Source of the DNA: Trichosphaerium sp. ATCC 40318
Taxonomy: Eukaryota; Protista; Tubulinea
NCBI GenBank assembly: GCA_038496445.1
Contig: JALMLS010000640.1
Location: 1-64,000 of the forward strand
DNA length: 64,000 bases
Reading direction: 5' to 3'
A program made the translations under genes and the position numbers. The notes beneath the pieces are model-generated. The model did not search any database and was not told the origin of the DNA. It was given only the letters and a program-made list of their open reading frames with translations. Shown here piece after piece: positions 11,964 through 23,879 of the stretch (position 1 is the first letter of the stretch; the number at the start of each line of letters is the position of its first letter).

Positions 11964-13380
11964 ATGAGGCTTACTTACTACCTATTCTTTCAATACACTC
12001 TTGTGAACCAAGCTCGAGAGTGATCAATTCACAGTTTACTTCCACAAGTTCAGCATCTCTTCGTGATATCTCCTTTGATACTACCAAGTGAATATGCATA
12101 CTATTACGCTCGTTTTAAGTAAATCTCTTTGCGCTCAACCCGACTACGTTTTTAAACAAGATTTTAGGTTTAACTGTACTCTTTACCCTTGTACAAGCAC
12201 AATCATGTAATTGCGGTTGTGATGCTTGTAGTAGATGCGATTTTATGGCAGCCAGCTGTACGATGATAACCGGTGACGCCAGCCAAACAGATCGTACGTT
12301 TTAATTGGAAGTTCTTCGTTTTTCAGGACAAAAATGTATTTTTCCAACAAGACTGAAAACGCACGTGATATTATTTCGCAAAATTACTTTGTTGATTTAC
12401 ATTTAACAAAATACAACAGTTACTGGTTCCTGCTTTGCAATCACAAGCGCATCAGTTGTGGGATCAGTAACAGGAACAGCAGGTGATGATTGTATTCTCC
12501 TTGATTCAGAAAGTTCAATAGTAGGTGCCATTGATCTCATGGGAGGCAACGACTGTCTTATGGCTCAGAGTGGGTTTGCAATTAACTCAGCCATCAATAT
12601 GGGTACTCAACCAAGCTTCACAAAAGGTTCTAAATCAGTTCTACAGGTGAGGGCGATAATTGTCTTAATGTAATTGGTGGCGTAGCGTTTATGGACGTTA
12701 CAATGGGCGATGGCAACAACGACTTTTTGGTTACTGGTGTTAGTCCAGTTATGTATGTACTACGACTTATTGTTATGCATTCTTAACACTTCATTTAGAT
12801 TGAATAGTGTTACTGCAGGGACTGGAAACAACTGCTATGAAATATCATCACAACCTTATGGTGACATAACAGACGCTGGTGGCGACAATTGTATTCAGCT
12901 CCAAAATATAGACATTCAAAGTGTTACAAGTACATTACATGTTTCTTTACTATATACTAACTAAACTCTACAACAGCTGGTGGAGGGAGTGATACCATTA
13001 TCATGCGAGCTGGTCAAGTTGGACTTGTTGATACTGGTGCAGGTGATGATTCAATTGATTTTGCACAAGCAACTATACAAGGTATTTCTGCTGGGCCAGG
13101 CAATGATGTAATTACCCTTCGTGAATTTTCTGGCAGTACACCTGAAGTGGTTGTTGATGGCGGCGCTGGATGCGATACAGTCACTGCCACTCAAACCAAT
13201 TCGGTATTGGTGATAACAGGAGGCTCCGGCATTGATTGGTACTCTTGTTAATAGTCAGCAAACAGATGTAGCTAACAATCTCTGTTTTCTAGTTGTTTTT
13301 CTGACCAATTCCCTTTCATTACAAACTGTGAGAGCATAGGTCCTGTATGTGAAGTTCCTACGTGTTGTCGCAGGATTTAA
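11964..13380 (+). CDS. Spliced Cys-rich protein with RTX/hemolysin-type Ca-binding (GGxGxD-like) repeats, copy B
   Basis: Exons encode GTAGDDCI, MGGNDCL, AGTGNNCY, AGGGSDTI, TGAGDDSI, AGPGNDVI, GGAGCDTV, with Cys-rich ends. The 5' exon structure is not fully resolved. Confidence 0.7.
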
Positions 13381-13649
13381 AAATGTATTTAAGTAGCGCC
13401 AAAATATACCACTGATTGTTATCAGAAATTATGATATTCTTGTTGTTTCAATTGAAAGTGAATTCAACTGAAATTTCCCAAGCATTGCAACATGACTTTG
13501 TCATTTGCAGACAGTACTAAATATGAACGGATGGTACGCAACAGATATGAATCTGTGCGTGTTTTGACAATAATGTGGTACCCAAATGATACTTTCCATA
13601 AGGCAACTTCTCTGTTTTAAGATACAAAGGGTACTTAAAGAATGTTAAA

Positions 13650-15435
13650 ATGGCCAACACTTTGACGGCAACAACTCCACTTGGTAGCACTGCCAATAGT
13701 GGAATTAAGCTCACTGATCCAACATATGGTACAATACCGCCTAGTGAAAGCCACTCAGCGTCAAAAAAGTCAAAATTAAACCTGTTGTGCGGTGGTCACG
13801 TGCGTATTTGGTCATTAAGCGTACGACACTGTTTTACATCTCACAGGTAAGAGAAACGCTGTTAATAATTATTTTCGCTATGATTGGTGTTACTATGCGG
13901 TTTTGGCTTATTGACTTTCATATTGGTAAGGTTTTTAAAAATAAGTTTCGTGTAAGAGCGCCAATAATAACTTTCGAAAAAAACTTCAACAACAAAGTCA
14001 AAAAGCACCTGTTTTCTCTGTTTTTCACGTGTTTTCGGTAGAATATATTTGGGATACAGGATTGTGGCTTCGAAACTCGACAACACCTTCAAGCCCTCTA
14101 CATAAGTAAGTGAACATTGCAATTATTCGCATAAGTTGCTGATTCCTTGCAATAGAGAATTTATTGCAAACGGCCTGGGATCGTTTCTAATGGGTGCAAT
14201 GTTGTCTTTAAAACAGACACCGCTATTTGTGCGTTACCCTGAGTACTACGTAGGGTTTGGTACGGGATGTCTAGGGTACTATTCGTTCTAAAAAGGAATA
14301 AGAAAAAGTTGTTTTCTTTTCTTCAAAACAATTTTGATCACATGGTATTCACGTGATCTTTAACTGTACCTCTTTGATAACTTGCTAATAATTTTAAAAG
14401 GAGCTTGACATCTTTCTCTTCATGGATGAGTGATGTCGCAAAAGACTTTTATGACTTTGAATCTGTAAGTGTAACAATTATTCTAATTTCTTACAATCGA
14501 ATAGGCTTCAAACGGTATTTTGACAGTTTTTATCGGACTTGCTTGGTTCTATGCAGCTCTTGCTTTTGGAAATCACGTATCGTTGGGATCACAAGCGTTA
14601 CTACGGTGTTGTTTCGGAAAACGTAGTTCACCCAGCACGTGACAAGGATGGAAGTTTCAAGGCTAATTAAAAATCAGAATATAGCAGATTGTTTGACGAT
14701 GTTGAAGACTTGAAAGACGAGGACTATACAAATATGGGCGAAAATGAGTTGAATTACCTTGCTTCTAAAAATGCAGTACCTGATGCACTGCACACTATTA
14801 CAGTTCTTATTATTTTGTGTGCTTGTTATTTCGTGAGCATTGTACGATGATCGTTTTCTACCTTATGCTTAACTAATTTCTTTAATTAGTATGGCCTGTT
14901 TCTCTCTCCCGCGGCCATGTATCAAGTGCTTCTTTATTCAATTATATTTGGTCCCATTGGTAACAAATCTATTAATTCGAGTACTTGCTTTTAACTACTA
15001 AACCAGGTGCTCTTGTTCGTTACTTTTCAGGAAAATTCAATAAGAAGATTCCGAATGTATCCACTAAATTTCGTATTCCAACTTTCTAAAAAATGTTGTA
15101 GTTTCCAGTATTCACACTTTTGGCGAACCTGGGAGGGACTGCACTTGTTGGAATCAACTTGTTTATACTTAATCGTATCAAACTAACCAATGAACAACAC
15201 AACGCGATTGCAGGGGCTATCACTAGTACGTACCCAATTTGAACAAAAAAAAGTCAGATACTCATTTTCGTTCTTACTAGTTGGTATCGCTGGTTGCATG
15301 TCTACAGTGTCAACGTTTATTAAAGAAGTTGGATCTCTTAAAACAATGTTCGCATATATTTATGCGTGCTCTTCAATATTTCTTGCTCAGGTTATACTAC
15401 TTGCTACATACGGAACTTACTACTGGATGTACTAA
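13650..15435 (+). CDS. FEX: Fluoride export protein (two CrcB/Fluc domains)
   Basis: IGVTMRF, ANGLGSFLMG, GTGCLG/SLTSFSSW and the second-domain GALVRY, TLLANLGG, GIAGCMSTVSTF across multiple introns. Confidence 0.88.
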
Positions 15436-15817
15436 GGAGGGTAAACAAAATTAAAAAAAAATTAAACCACTTGACAGAAAATTCAATAAATACATCCATA
15501 ACTGCGCCATCAATTTAACAATAAACTAAATAACACATTCCTTATTATGGATATAGTGTTGTTATTAGAGGTATTAGACAATAGTGCAACACGTCAAGTA
15601 TATAGAAGTAGCGAAAGGAGTACTTAAAATAAAAAATTTTCACCTTTCTTTCTACAACATTTTGAAGCGTCTCAACAGAAAAAATCAAGCGGATACGACG
15701 TGGTAATAGAAGAGCAAGCGCAATATAAATAAGAGGAACAAAAAAATAAACCAGTCAAACAATTTCGAGTGTTGAAGAACAAAAAGAAATAAAGCTAGTA
15801 CAGGTAACATAACACTA

Positions 15818-16736
15818 ATGCAAGCGTACGGTAACCCTACAGTGTATTTATCAAGAAGAGAGACTTTTAGCTCCTGGTAATACTTTAAAACGTTCAAATA
15901 CGCATAAAATATGTTCTACACGCGTTTTGTAGATAATCACCTAACTATCGTAACGTCCCAAACTCAAATCTCTATAGCCACCGCCTACACAACCCAGCGC
16001 TCACTATAGAGGAAAACAAGGAGATATACGGTAAATGTAATAACCCAAACGGACATGGTCACAATTACGTCGTTTACGTGACCCTACGCGGTAAAGTACG
16101 CTTTACTGGTGTTTATAAACTGATAAAATCGCAGGTTGACAAACGTACAGGGATGCTAATGAACTTGACAGACCTAAAAGCATGTCTAATGAAAGTAATC
16201 GATAAACTAGATCACAAGGTATGCTCTCCCTGCACTTTTATCGTTTGGTAATTGCAAAACGCTTTGGGTGTTTTTTTGGTCATGACGTCAGCCAAGAAGA
16301 TCCTTTTCTAGCTTCTTACGATTCTCAACTATACGATAGAACCTTGATAAAGACGTACCAGAACTTTCCGGTGTTATAACGTCAACTGAAAATGTTTGCG
16401 TGTACTTTTGGCATCAACTCATTCAAGTTTTACCGAACCCTTCAATACTTTACGAGGTACCTTTGAATTTTCTATTTTCAACCAGTACAACTTCGTACTA
16501 CATAATTCCTTTTCGGCAAACATGTCTTTTTTTTTTTGTTTGCTGACTTCAGAATTCCACTTGTCATTATTGAACTTATTTATACCTGTAGCCATTCGCC
16601 TTATTAAAATAAACTTGATAGTTTTTTCTTTCTTTCTTTTTAATGTAAACGTGTTTTGTTACTGACAACGTCACCATTGTAGGTTCGTATTGGAGAGACA
16701 GAGAAGAATAGTGCTTTCTATAGAGGAGAAAGTTGA
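15818..16736 (+). CDS. PTS: 6-pyruvoyl tetrahydrobiopterin synthase
   Basis: Five exons give FSSCHRLH...YGKCNNPNGHGHNY...TGMLMNLTDLK...LDHKNLDKDVP...STEN...ETEKNSAFYRGE. Confidence 0.95.
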
Positions 16737-16938
16737 TTACTGTTTTGATTTTTTATCCACAAAAAATAAATTTCCTAAGTAACGGATTAATACTAAAACA
16801 ACTTTGTATATACTAATACAAATGTATTTTTTGCAACTACGAACGTGACACCTAAAATACGATTCAACGAAACCAAGAAACAGTCGCTTAACTTTTTTCA
16901 CACAAATCCAAACTTACTGCAGTTAAAAAAGCTACGCT

Positions 16939-18415
16939 ATGAGCACTCACTGTTACAAACTCGTTCTCGTCGGTCTTGGTGGTGTAGGTATGTTATTGGA
17001 CTCAACTACACTTTGTAGTTTTATCACGCTATGCGTTTCTCTCCTAAATTAAATATACAACAGGTAAATCATGCCTTACAATACAGTTCATTTCAAACAA
17101 GTAAGTGGTTCGTTTTGTAGATCTGCAAATTAACCCCTTTCAAGGTTTATTGATGACTACGACCCAACATTGGAGGATTCGTACAGGTAAATTCTTTTAT
17201 TTTGATACTGGTGGATTCTAGATCCTCAAACCTCCACAAAAATACGTCGGTCTGCTACAAAATACAGACGTTCGCATTTCACGGTGATATTGGCCTTTAA
17301 AACCTACTTCGCTGATATCACCCACAAAACATAACTTTTATCTTATCTCGAGCTCACGAGCGCAAAATCGCTTTACCACACCAAGGACAGTTTTTCAAGG
17401 TACTAAATTAGTATGTAGGAAACAAGTAACCATCGACGCGGAGGAATGCATCCTTGGTACGTGACAACTTCATTGGCTTGTTTATCTCCTTTTGTTTTAC
17501 CAAACACAATTTTTTCGTACATTGCGTCATACCAGAACTCATAGCTCTCAAACGCTCACAACTGACTAGATATCTTTGATACCGCCGGACAAGAAGATTT
17601 CGTAGCCATCCGTGATCAGTACATGAAAATTGGACATGGTTTCCTCTGTGTCTACTCTATTACTATGCGTTCTTCATTTGAAGAGGTAGTAAACCTTCAC
17701 GGTACGTATAAACGCTCATACCTTTTGTTTTTGTTTCGTTGTCGAGAAACAAATCCTTCAAACCGTTTAAAGTCGTATTCGCTTTACCATTACAATGGGT
17801 TTACGACAGTACAGAGCGTAATATTTTTTATGCGCTCAATTCGCCAAAATAGTGTTTTCGGTTTTTCTTTTTCGTTTTTTTGCTTATTTGGCGTTCTTTT
17901 AGACCATATGTTACGTGTTAAGGATGCTGATAAAGTACCATTTGTTCTTGTTGGTAATAAATGCGATTTGGAAGGAGAACGTGAAGTAACGACAAAGGAA
18001 GGTCAAGAACTCGCTGATAAGCTCAGTGTAAAATTCATTGAGACTTCTGCTAAGACTAGACATAATGTAAAAGAGGTACGTGTTGTAACTGGCTTCTCTT
18101 CTTTTTTTGGAGACTTTGACGACCAAATCCTTGTTATTTTCTGTATTTGCAATTCTTTTGGTTCAAAAAGTGCAATCTTTGACTCTTTTTTAGGCTTTCT
18201 TCATGTTAGTACGTGAGATTGGTATTAAGGTTGAACCTGCAAGCAATGACGATAAAGCTGACCCTAAATTACACAAGAAAAAGAGGTATGAATCTTGTAT
18301 CTTAAAATCCCGACAACTCCGAGCATCGGACTTTTATTATTACATTATCCTTGTTTTAACGTTTATGAGCTAATTGTTTTTTTTCTTCTTTAGACGTGCT
18401 TGCAATCTCTTGTAA
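16939..18415 (+). CDS. rasS: Ras GTPase, RasS-like
   Basis: Eight exons give KLVLVGLGGVGKSCLTIQFI...YDPTLEDSYRK...DTAGQEDF...NKCDL...ETSAK...KKKRRACNLL. PTLED and CNLL match Dictyostelium RasS as I recall it. Confidence 0.9.
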
Positions 18416-18690
18416 AGTGGTGTTTTATAATTTGTTGTACGGCGACTTGAACCTGTAAGATAGAAAACGATTATAGCCTTATAAAATCTTGTTCTGAAAA
18501 AAAAAAAACCTCATCTTGTCTTCCTCGTACACTGTTAAAAAACCTCAAGTACCATGTGTCCGTAGTTTAATAAAATTTGTGACTTATTTATTTCAAAAAA
18601 AAAAATCAAGTAAAAAATGAGATGGTAGAATCCTGGAGCTTGTTGTCATAGCTTACTGATAAGAATAAGTATTTTATTGGTGTTCTTCTC

Positions 18691-20555
18691 TTATAATTTG
18701 GCCATTCTCATTGCGAGGTCGATCATGACTTCTTCAGAGCCTCCGCCAATAGCAGATACACGCAATTCGCGCCATATACGCTCAATCTTGGCACCAACAC
18801 CAGTGCGTAAATAAGATGCACCGCCGAATATCTGGCACGCTTCTCGTGCGCAATATTCAAGGGTACGCGATGTTTGAACCTTGCAAAGTGCGATTTGACC
18901 TCCGAGATGTAATGGTGAAAGACCTTGTTGCATTTGGTACGCAAGGCTCTCAATCCATGCCCAAGTTGCTTCAGTGTGTCTTGCCATTTCAGCAATCTTA
19001 TGTCTGATAACTTGATTATCAATGAGTCTCTTTCCTGAACATTTTGATTAGTGACATTTCAACAGGTTGTGACTTAAACTTTCTCGTGTTTTCTTGTTTT
19101 TTTGGTGAAGCAAGAGAAGCGAACATGATAATGATAAACGCACCGAATGTCTTGCGGTTACGAGCAAATTTGATAGATTCCTCAATACAGATACGGCACG
19201 AACGATGAGCCATAATTAAACCAACCATGCGCTCATGATTAAAGTTAAGCATAATAGGAAGGAATCCTTGGTTTTCTTGGCCGATTATGTTCTTTACAGG
19301 CACTTTAACATTCTCAAGTTGAACAAATGTTGTTGTAGATGTCCACCAGCCTTGTGTCTTTTGTCTGCGTAAGTTAATACCTGGCATACCTACAAAAATG
19401 TTAAATTCATCTACGAGTACACAAAACAAAAAATCGTGCCTTTCTCGAGCAATAGCAACGAAATACCACCCATGCCCTTTCCACCAGTACGTACAGCAAC
19501 AGTAAAGTAATCAGCACGCATACCACCAGTGATGAACTTTTTCTCGCCGTTAACGATGTAGAAGTCACCTTGTCTCTCAGCAGTTGTTCTGATAGCAGCG
19601 ACATCACTTCCACCGTATGGCTCAGTAATTGCCAAAGCAATTAGTTTTTTACCAGTAATAATGTCCTTAGCGCATTTGTTTTTGATGTAATCAGACCCTA
19701 CAGATAGTAGTGGTGGGAATCCGATATGCAACGTCAAAAAACAAGCGGCGAGTAGACCACCACATGCACAACGGGCTATTTCGTCCCAGTAAATAACATC
19801 ATGAAAGACATCAAAGCCTAAAACGAAGTCATACTTAAGTTATCATCTTTTTTTTTGTTTTAAGTCAAAACATCTTTCTGGTCCTTTTTGTATCATACCT
19901 CCTTCTGGTGGTGTACCACCGTATTCTACAGGGAAAGGTGCACCATAAAGACCTGCTTCATAAGCTTTTACGTGAAGCTCACGAGGGTAAGATTTAGCGT
20001 CCTTAAAAGCATTAGTACTTTTGGCTTTCAAGTGGTAAACGTACCTCCCATTCACTTGTGTACGGCATAATTTCCTTTTCAACAAAAGCGCGTACTCTAG
20101 CACGCCATTTCTTGTGTGCTTCAGTGTAGTAAGGGCTCTTGAATGTGGTGTACCAGGATGGATCACCAAATGGGATTCCATCACCAAACGGACCAGAGGT
20201 TGACAATTGGTTGTTTGGTTGCGCCTAACGAGGAATGAGATTCACAACAACCATTGAATACACGGCCAAACTTGCTCTGTTGAAAATTTTTTGGACGTAC
20301 TCTGGTGTGCTTGGAGCCAGCAATAACACCTACTCTTAGCTGTTTGCCGTATTTTGCAATGATTGCTCTAGCGTCATGCAAAGCATTAAACGCTTTTGTA
20401 GCATCTGTACCAGCGACTTTTACAACGACGCCCTTGCCACCAGGGTGAGCCTCGAGAAAGTCGGTCATGTTGTAAACTACATCATCGATTATGACCCAGC
20501 AATCATTCTCAGTGTTATGTTGTGCCACTTGGGCGTGCGTGTACGTCTTTGACAT
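18691..20555 (-). CDS. Cytochrome b5-fused acyl-CoA dehydrogenase
   Basis: b5 heme motif HNTENDCWVII...HPGG. ACAD motifs ALAITEPYGGSDV, NGEKKFITGG, CQIFGG, AIGGGSEEVM. Includes a GC-AG intron at 19390-19439. Confidence 0.93.
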
Positions 20556-20837
20556 AATTGTTGCTACAAATTAAGCTTAGTCGTACTACAATAGAGCGAC
20601 ATGGGTGCATGACAGCGTTTTGAGTGTATTTCTCAACGAGGGAAATTAAAACATCCCTCGCTTCTGTTAAAAAACACCAAAACACTATTATGGTGTAAAC
20701 TACGTACATTTGGTGTTGATGAATCAAATACGGACACAAAAAACAAACAGTTGGAAAAATGCCTGCCTTAATTGCCAATAACAACTCGAACATTCTGGGC
20801 TTGTAGAGGAAAAGTCTCTCGTATAAATTCCCTACCT

Positions 20838-22553
20838 ATGGTTATTAAATGTAAGGGGTTACATTGTAGTGGTGACAGATGGATTGCTTTTGTTGGTTTC
20901 ACCCTTTATGGCTTGCTTGTTATTATGACATTTGTGTCACTCGCTTGGGAACTACTAGTAAATACAAGAAAGCGTAAAGGAAAACAAAATGTTGGAACAA
21001 GAGGTTTGAGACATTACGACGTTACATCATCAATAACCCATAGAATAGGTCAAGTCATAGCGCGGCATGTATTTAGAGGCGTTTTGGGCGTTTTTGCGTG
21101 CTGTACGTAAATTGAATTTAACTTGACAATCAAAACAACGTTGACGCTTGCTATGAAGTCAACGCTACCGTTTCCCAACTTTGACACCTTCATTCCCAAA
21201 AACAAAACGTCAAAACGTCTAAATGACACGCAATGTTGTTAACTCAACTTGCTTGTGTATTTGATAATAGTTTAACACATTTTTTAGTTAGACTTGGATG
21301 GCTAAGCCTCGTTTACTCCGGACAACGTTCATCGGTCGAGTTCACGCTTAATCGCTTGGCATTCGTGACGTACTTTACAGCTTTCGCCTTAATACTATTC
21401 ATATGGTACGTTACAGTAATGACGCGAAGCGTAAACTCGCAGCAACTGTGTATTGGTTTTTTTAAATATACCATGTGATTTTTTTCTTTTTTTTGGATTA
21501 ATGTTGGTTTTCCTCTTTTTAGGATTGAAGCGTTCTACCAGAATTATTATGATAGTAATAAGTTTCTACCGAGAGTAGGATGGTTATTTATTGTAGTAAC
21601 ACTAATTGTTTGGGTGCGCGTGTAGAGACATTGAAGCGACAAGAAAACTTTTTTCGGAAAAAAAACGTTGTTTCGGTTTTTTTTTGTTTGTGGTCTTTGG
21701 TTGACTCCTTGAATACTAGGCTTATCAAATAATACTCATAATTATTTTTCTTGAGAATGATGGAAAGCGAGAAGGCAATCCGTTTTATGATATTAATATA
21801 GTATCTGGTACCATTCCTTCCTTGCACACACGTGTTTCTTTTTCTTTCTTTCGAGAAATCACTCATATTTTTACTTAGATGTTGTTATATCTGCTCTTGT
21901 AGCTATGGCGTTCTTAATGTACGTTTTGCAAAAATAGAACTTGACGAAGAAAATGAAACTCTCAGAGTCTAAGTTTGTTTTAATGTCGTTTTTTTTGAGT
22001 AAAGGTGCTTATTTCGTTCAGGTATGGGTTCCGTATGCTATTCAAACGTTCTTTGAATGAACTTGATGTAGCCAAAGTGCAAGAAGCCCTACAAGTAAGT
22101 ACCTCACTTAGCGACTCAAAGTTTCTGGTTTTTTTTTATAAATCACGTGATACTTACTTCTTCGATAGATCACTGGAATGACACTTGTATTTGTTGTATG
22201 CTTTCTTCTGCGAGTACTTTTATTTTCGTTCAGACCAATAACTGGATTTTATATGGACAGTGGGCTGTTCTATTCATTGGCGTACTTTACATCAGAAGGT
22301 ATGTATAATCATGCGATACCAAATACATTGTCACTTACCTCTTTTAAAAATGATTGCAAGACACTATTTTGTTAAAAAGTTAATTGTTTTGTTACTAGGT
22401 ATGCCGTCTCTTATTCAACTGTATGTTGCTTCAAAGAGCACTGTAAGGGAGGAAAAATCAAGTCAGTGGATAGATGATTTATATGAAGATAAGGATGAGA
22501 CAACAGCTTCTGATAGAGCAAAGTTTTTAAGTGTTGCACCTACTACAATGTAA
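20838..22553 (+). CDS. THH1/TOM1-like multi-pass (7TM) membrane protein
   Basis: Spliced hydrophobic segments, including LNRLAFVTYFTAFALILFIW, CFLLRV and YFTSEGMPSLIQLY. Confidence 0.65.
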
Positions 22554-22748
22554 AAGATTTGGCTATTCTTTAACAAATCGCCCCCAATTTGGTAGGACTT
22601 ACTGCTACGACTATTGCACATGTGGTGATATCGTATAGTAATACCATACAACTTATTACTAAGATAGAAAGTGCTGACACAAAAGGCTATTGTTGTGTAA
22701 ATAAAACTGTAATTTTAGTGTCCAAAAAAATAAACAAATCACAAATTA

Positions 22749-23879
22749 TTATTTACATAATTGTCTATTCTCATCCCATTCCTTACGTTTATCACACACT
22801 TCACCATTGACAAATATACATTCAGAACACAATTGTCCATTCATATACCATCTCTTACTTTCACCATGTTTTTTACCCTCAACCCACGTGTTATGGTAGT
22901 TAAGTTGTCCATTTTCATACCATCCTTTACCTTCGCCATGTTGCTTACCATCAGCCCACATGTTCTGGTATTTAAGTTGTCCATTTTCATACCATTCCTT
23001 ACCTTCACCATGTGCTTCATCCTCAACCCAAAAGCTGTGGTCTGAAATCTGTCCATTTTCATACCATCCTTTCCTTTCGCCATGTTGCTTACCATCAGTC
23101 CACATGCACTGATACTTTAGTTGTCCATTCTCATTGTCATACCATCCTTTACTTTCACCATGTGCTTTACCATCAACCCACATGCATTGCCTCTCTTGTT
23201 GTCCATTTTTATACCATGTCTTAGTTTCACCATGTTGTTTACCATTGGCCCACATGTTATGGTACTTAAGTTGTCCATTTTCATGCCATCCCTTACTTTC
23301 GCCATGTTGTTTGCCCTCAACCCAAAAACTATGGTCTGAAATCTGTCCATTTTTATACCATCCCTTACTATCACCGTGTTGTTTATCATCAAACCACATG
23401 CATTGCTCCTCAAGTTGTCCATTCTCATGCCAATATTTGCTTTCGCCATGCTGCTTACCATCAACCCACGCGCATTGCCTCTCTAGTTGACCATTTTTAT
23501 ACCATCCTAAACAAAGTCCAGTTTTTTTACCATCAATTATTGTATACTGCCTCTCAAGTTGTCCGCTCTCATACCATTGTTTATACACTCCACTTGCAAT
23601 GTAATTATGAAGCTGTACCTTTCCACTTTTGTACCATTGTATCCATACTCCTTTCTTTTGTAGTGTTTCATCAAAATGTGTATTAATCGCAGCTCTCTTT
23701 GATAGTGTATGGAATTTTGTGAATGTTTCTGCATTGAACGTACAAATGTAAGTTTGAAGTTCACATGGGATATCCAGTAAACTCAAGGAGCCTGGTTTAC
23801 AGTGTATTTTTTTATGCTTTGCAGTTGACTGTAACAAAATCTGGTCAGCAAAAACACAAGGGAGAACAAAATTTGACAT
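22749..23879 (-). CDS. F-box-like + MORN-variant tandem-repeat protein
   Basis: LLDIPCELQTYI, then ~11-12 repeats of 24 aa (GESKGWYENGQL.....W.DGKQH). Intronless. Confidence 0.9.
   Translation of the reverse strand: MSNFVLPCVFADQILLQSTAKHKKIHCKPGSLSLLDIPCELQTYICTFNAETFTKFHTLSKRAAINTHFDETLQKKGVWIQWYKSGKVQLHNYIASGVYKQWYESGQLERQYTIIDGKKTGLCLGWYKNGQLERQCAWVDGKQHGESKYWHENGQLEEQCMWFDDKQHGDSKGWYKNGQISDHSFWVEGKQHGESKGWHENGQLKYHNMWANGKQHGETKTWYKNGQQERQCMWVDGKAHGESKGWYDNENGQLKYQCMWTDGKQHGERKGWYENGQISDHSFWVEDEAHGEGKEWYENGQLKYQNMWADGKQHGEGKGWYENGQLNYHNTWVEGKKHGESKRWYMNGQLCSECIFVNGEVCDKRKEWDENRQLCK

Noticed and set aside
17187-17419. Short hairpins (e.g. GGTGATAT/ATATCACC) in a Ras intron as a possible snoRNA
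   Set aside because: No convincing C/D or H/ACA box arrangement; 8-bp stems can arise by chance.
18691-20555. Cytochrome b5-ACAD fusion as a novelty
   Set aside because: This fusion is already known from fungi and protists.
22761-23490. Several overlapping ORFs and a possible CRISPR-like array
   Set aside because: These are alternate-frame and antisense shadows of the 72-bp MORN coding repeat; there are no unique spacers.
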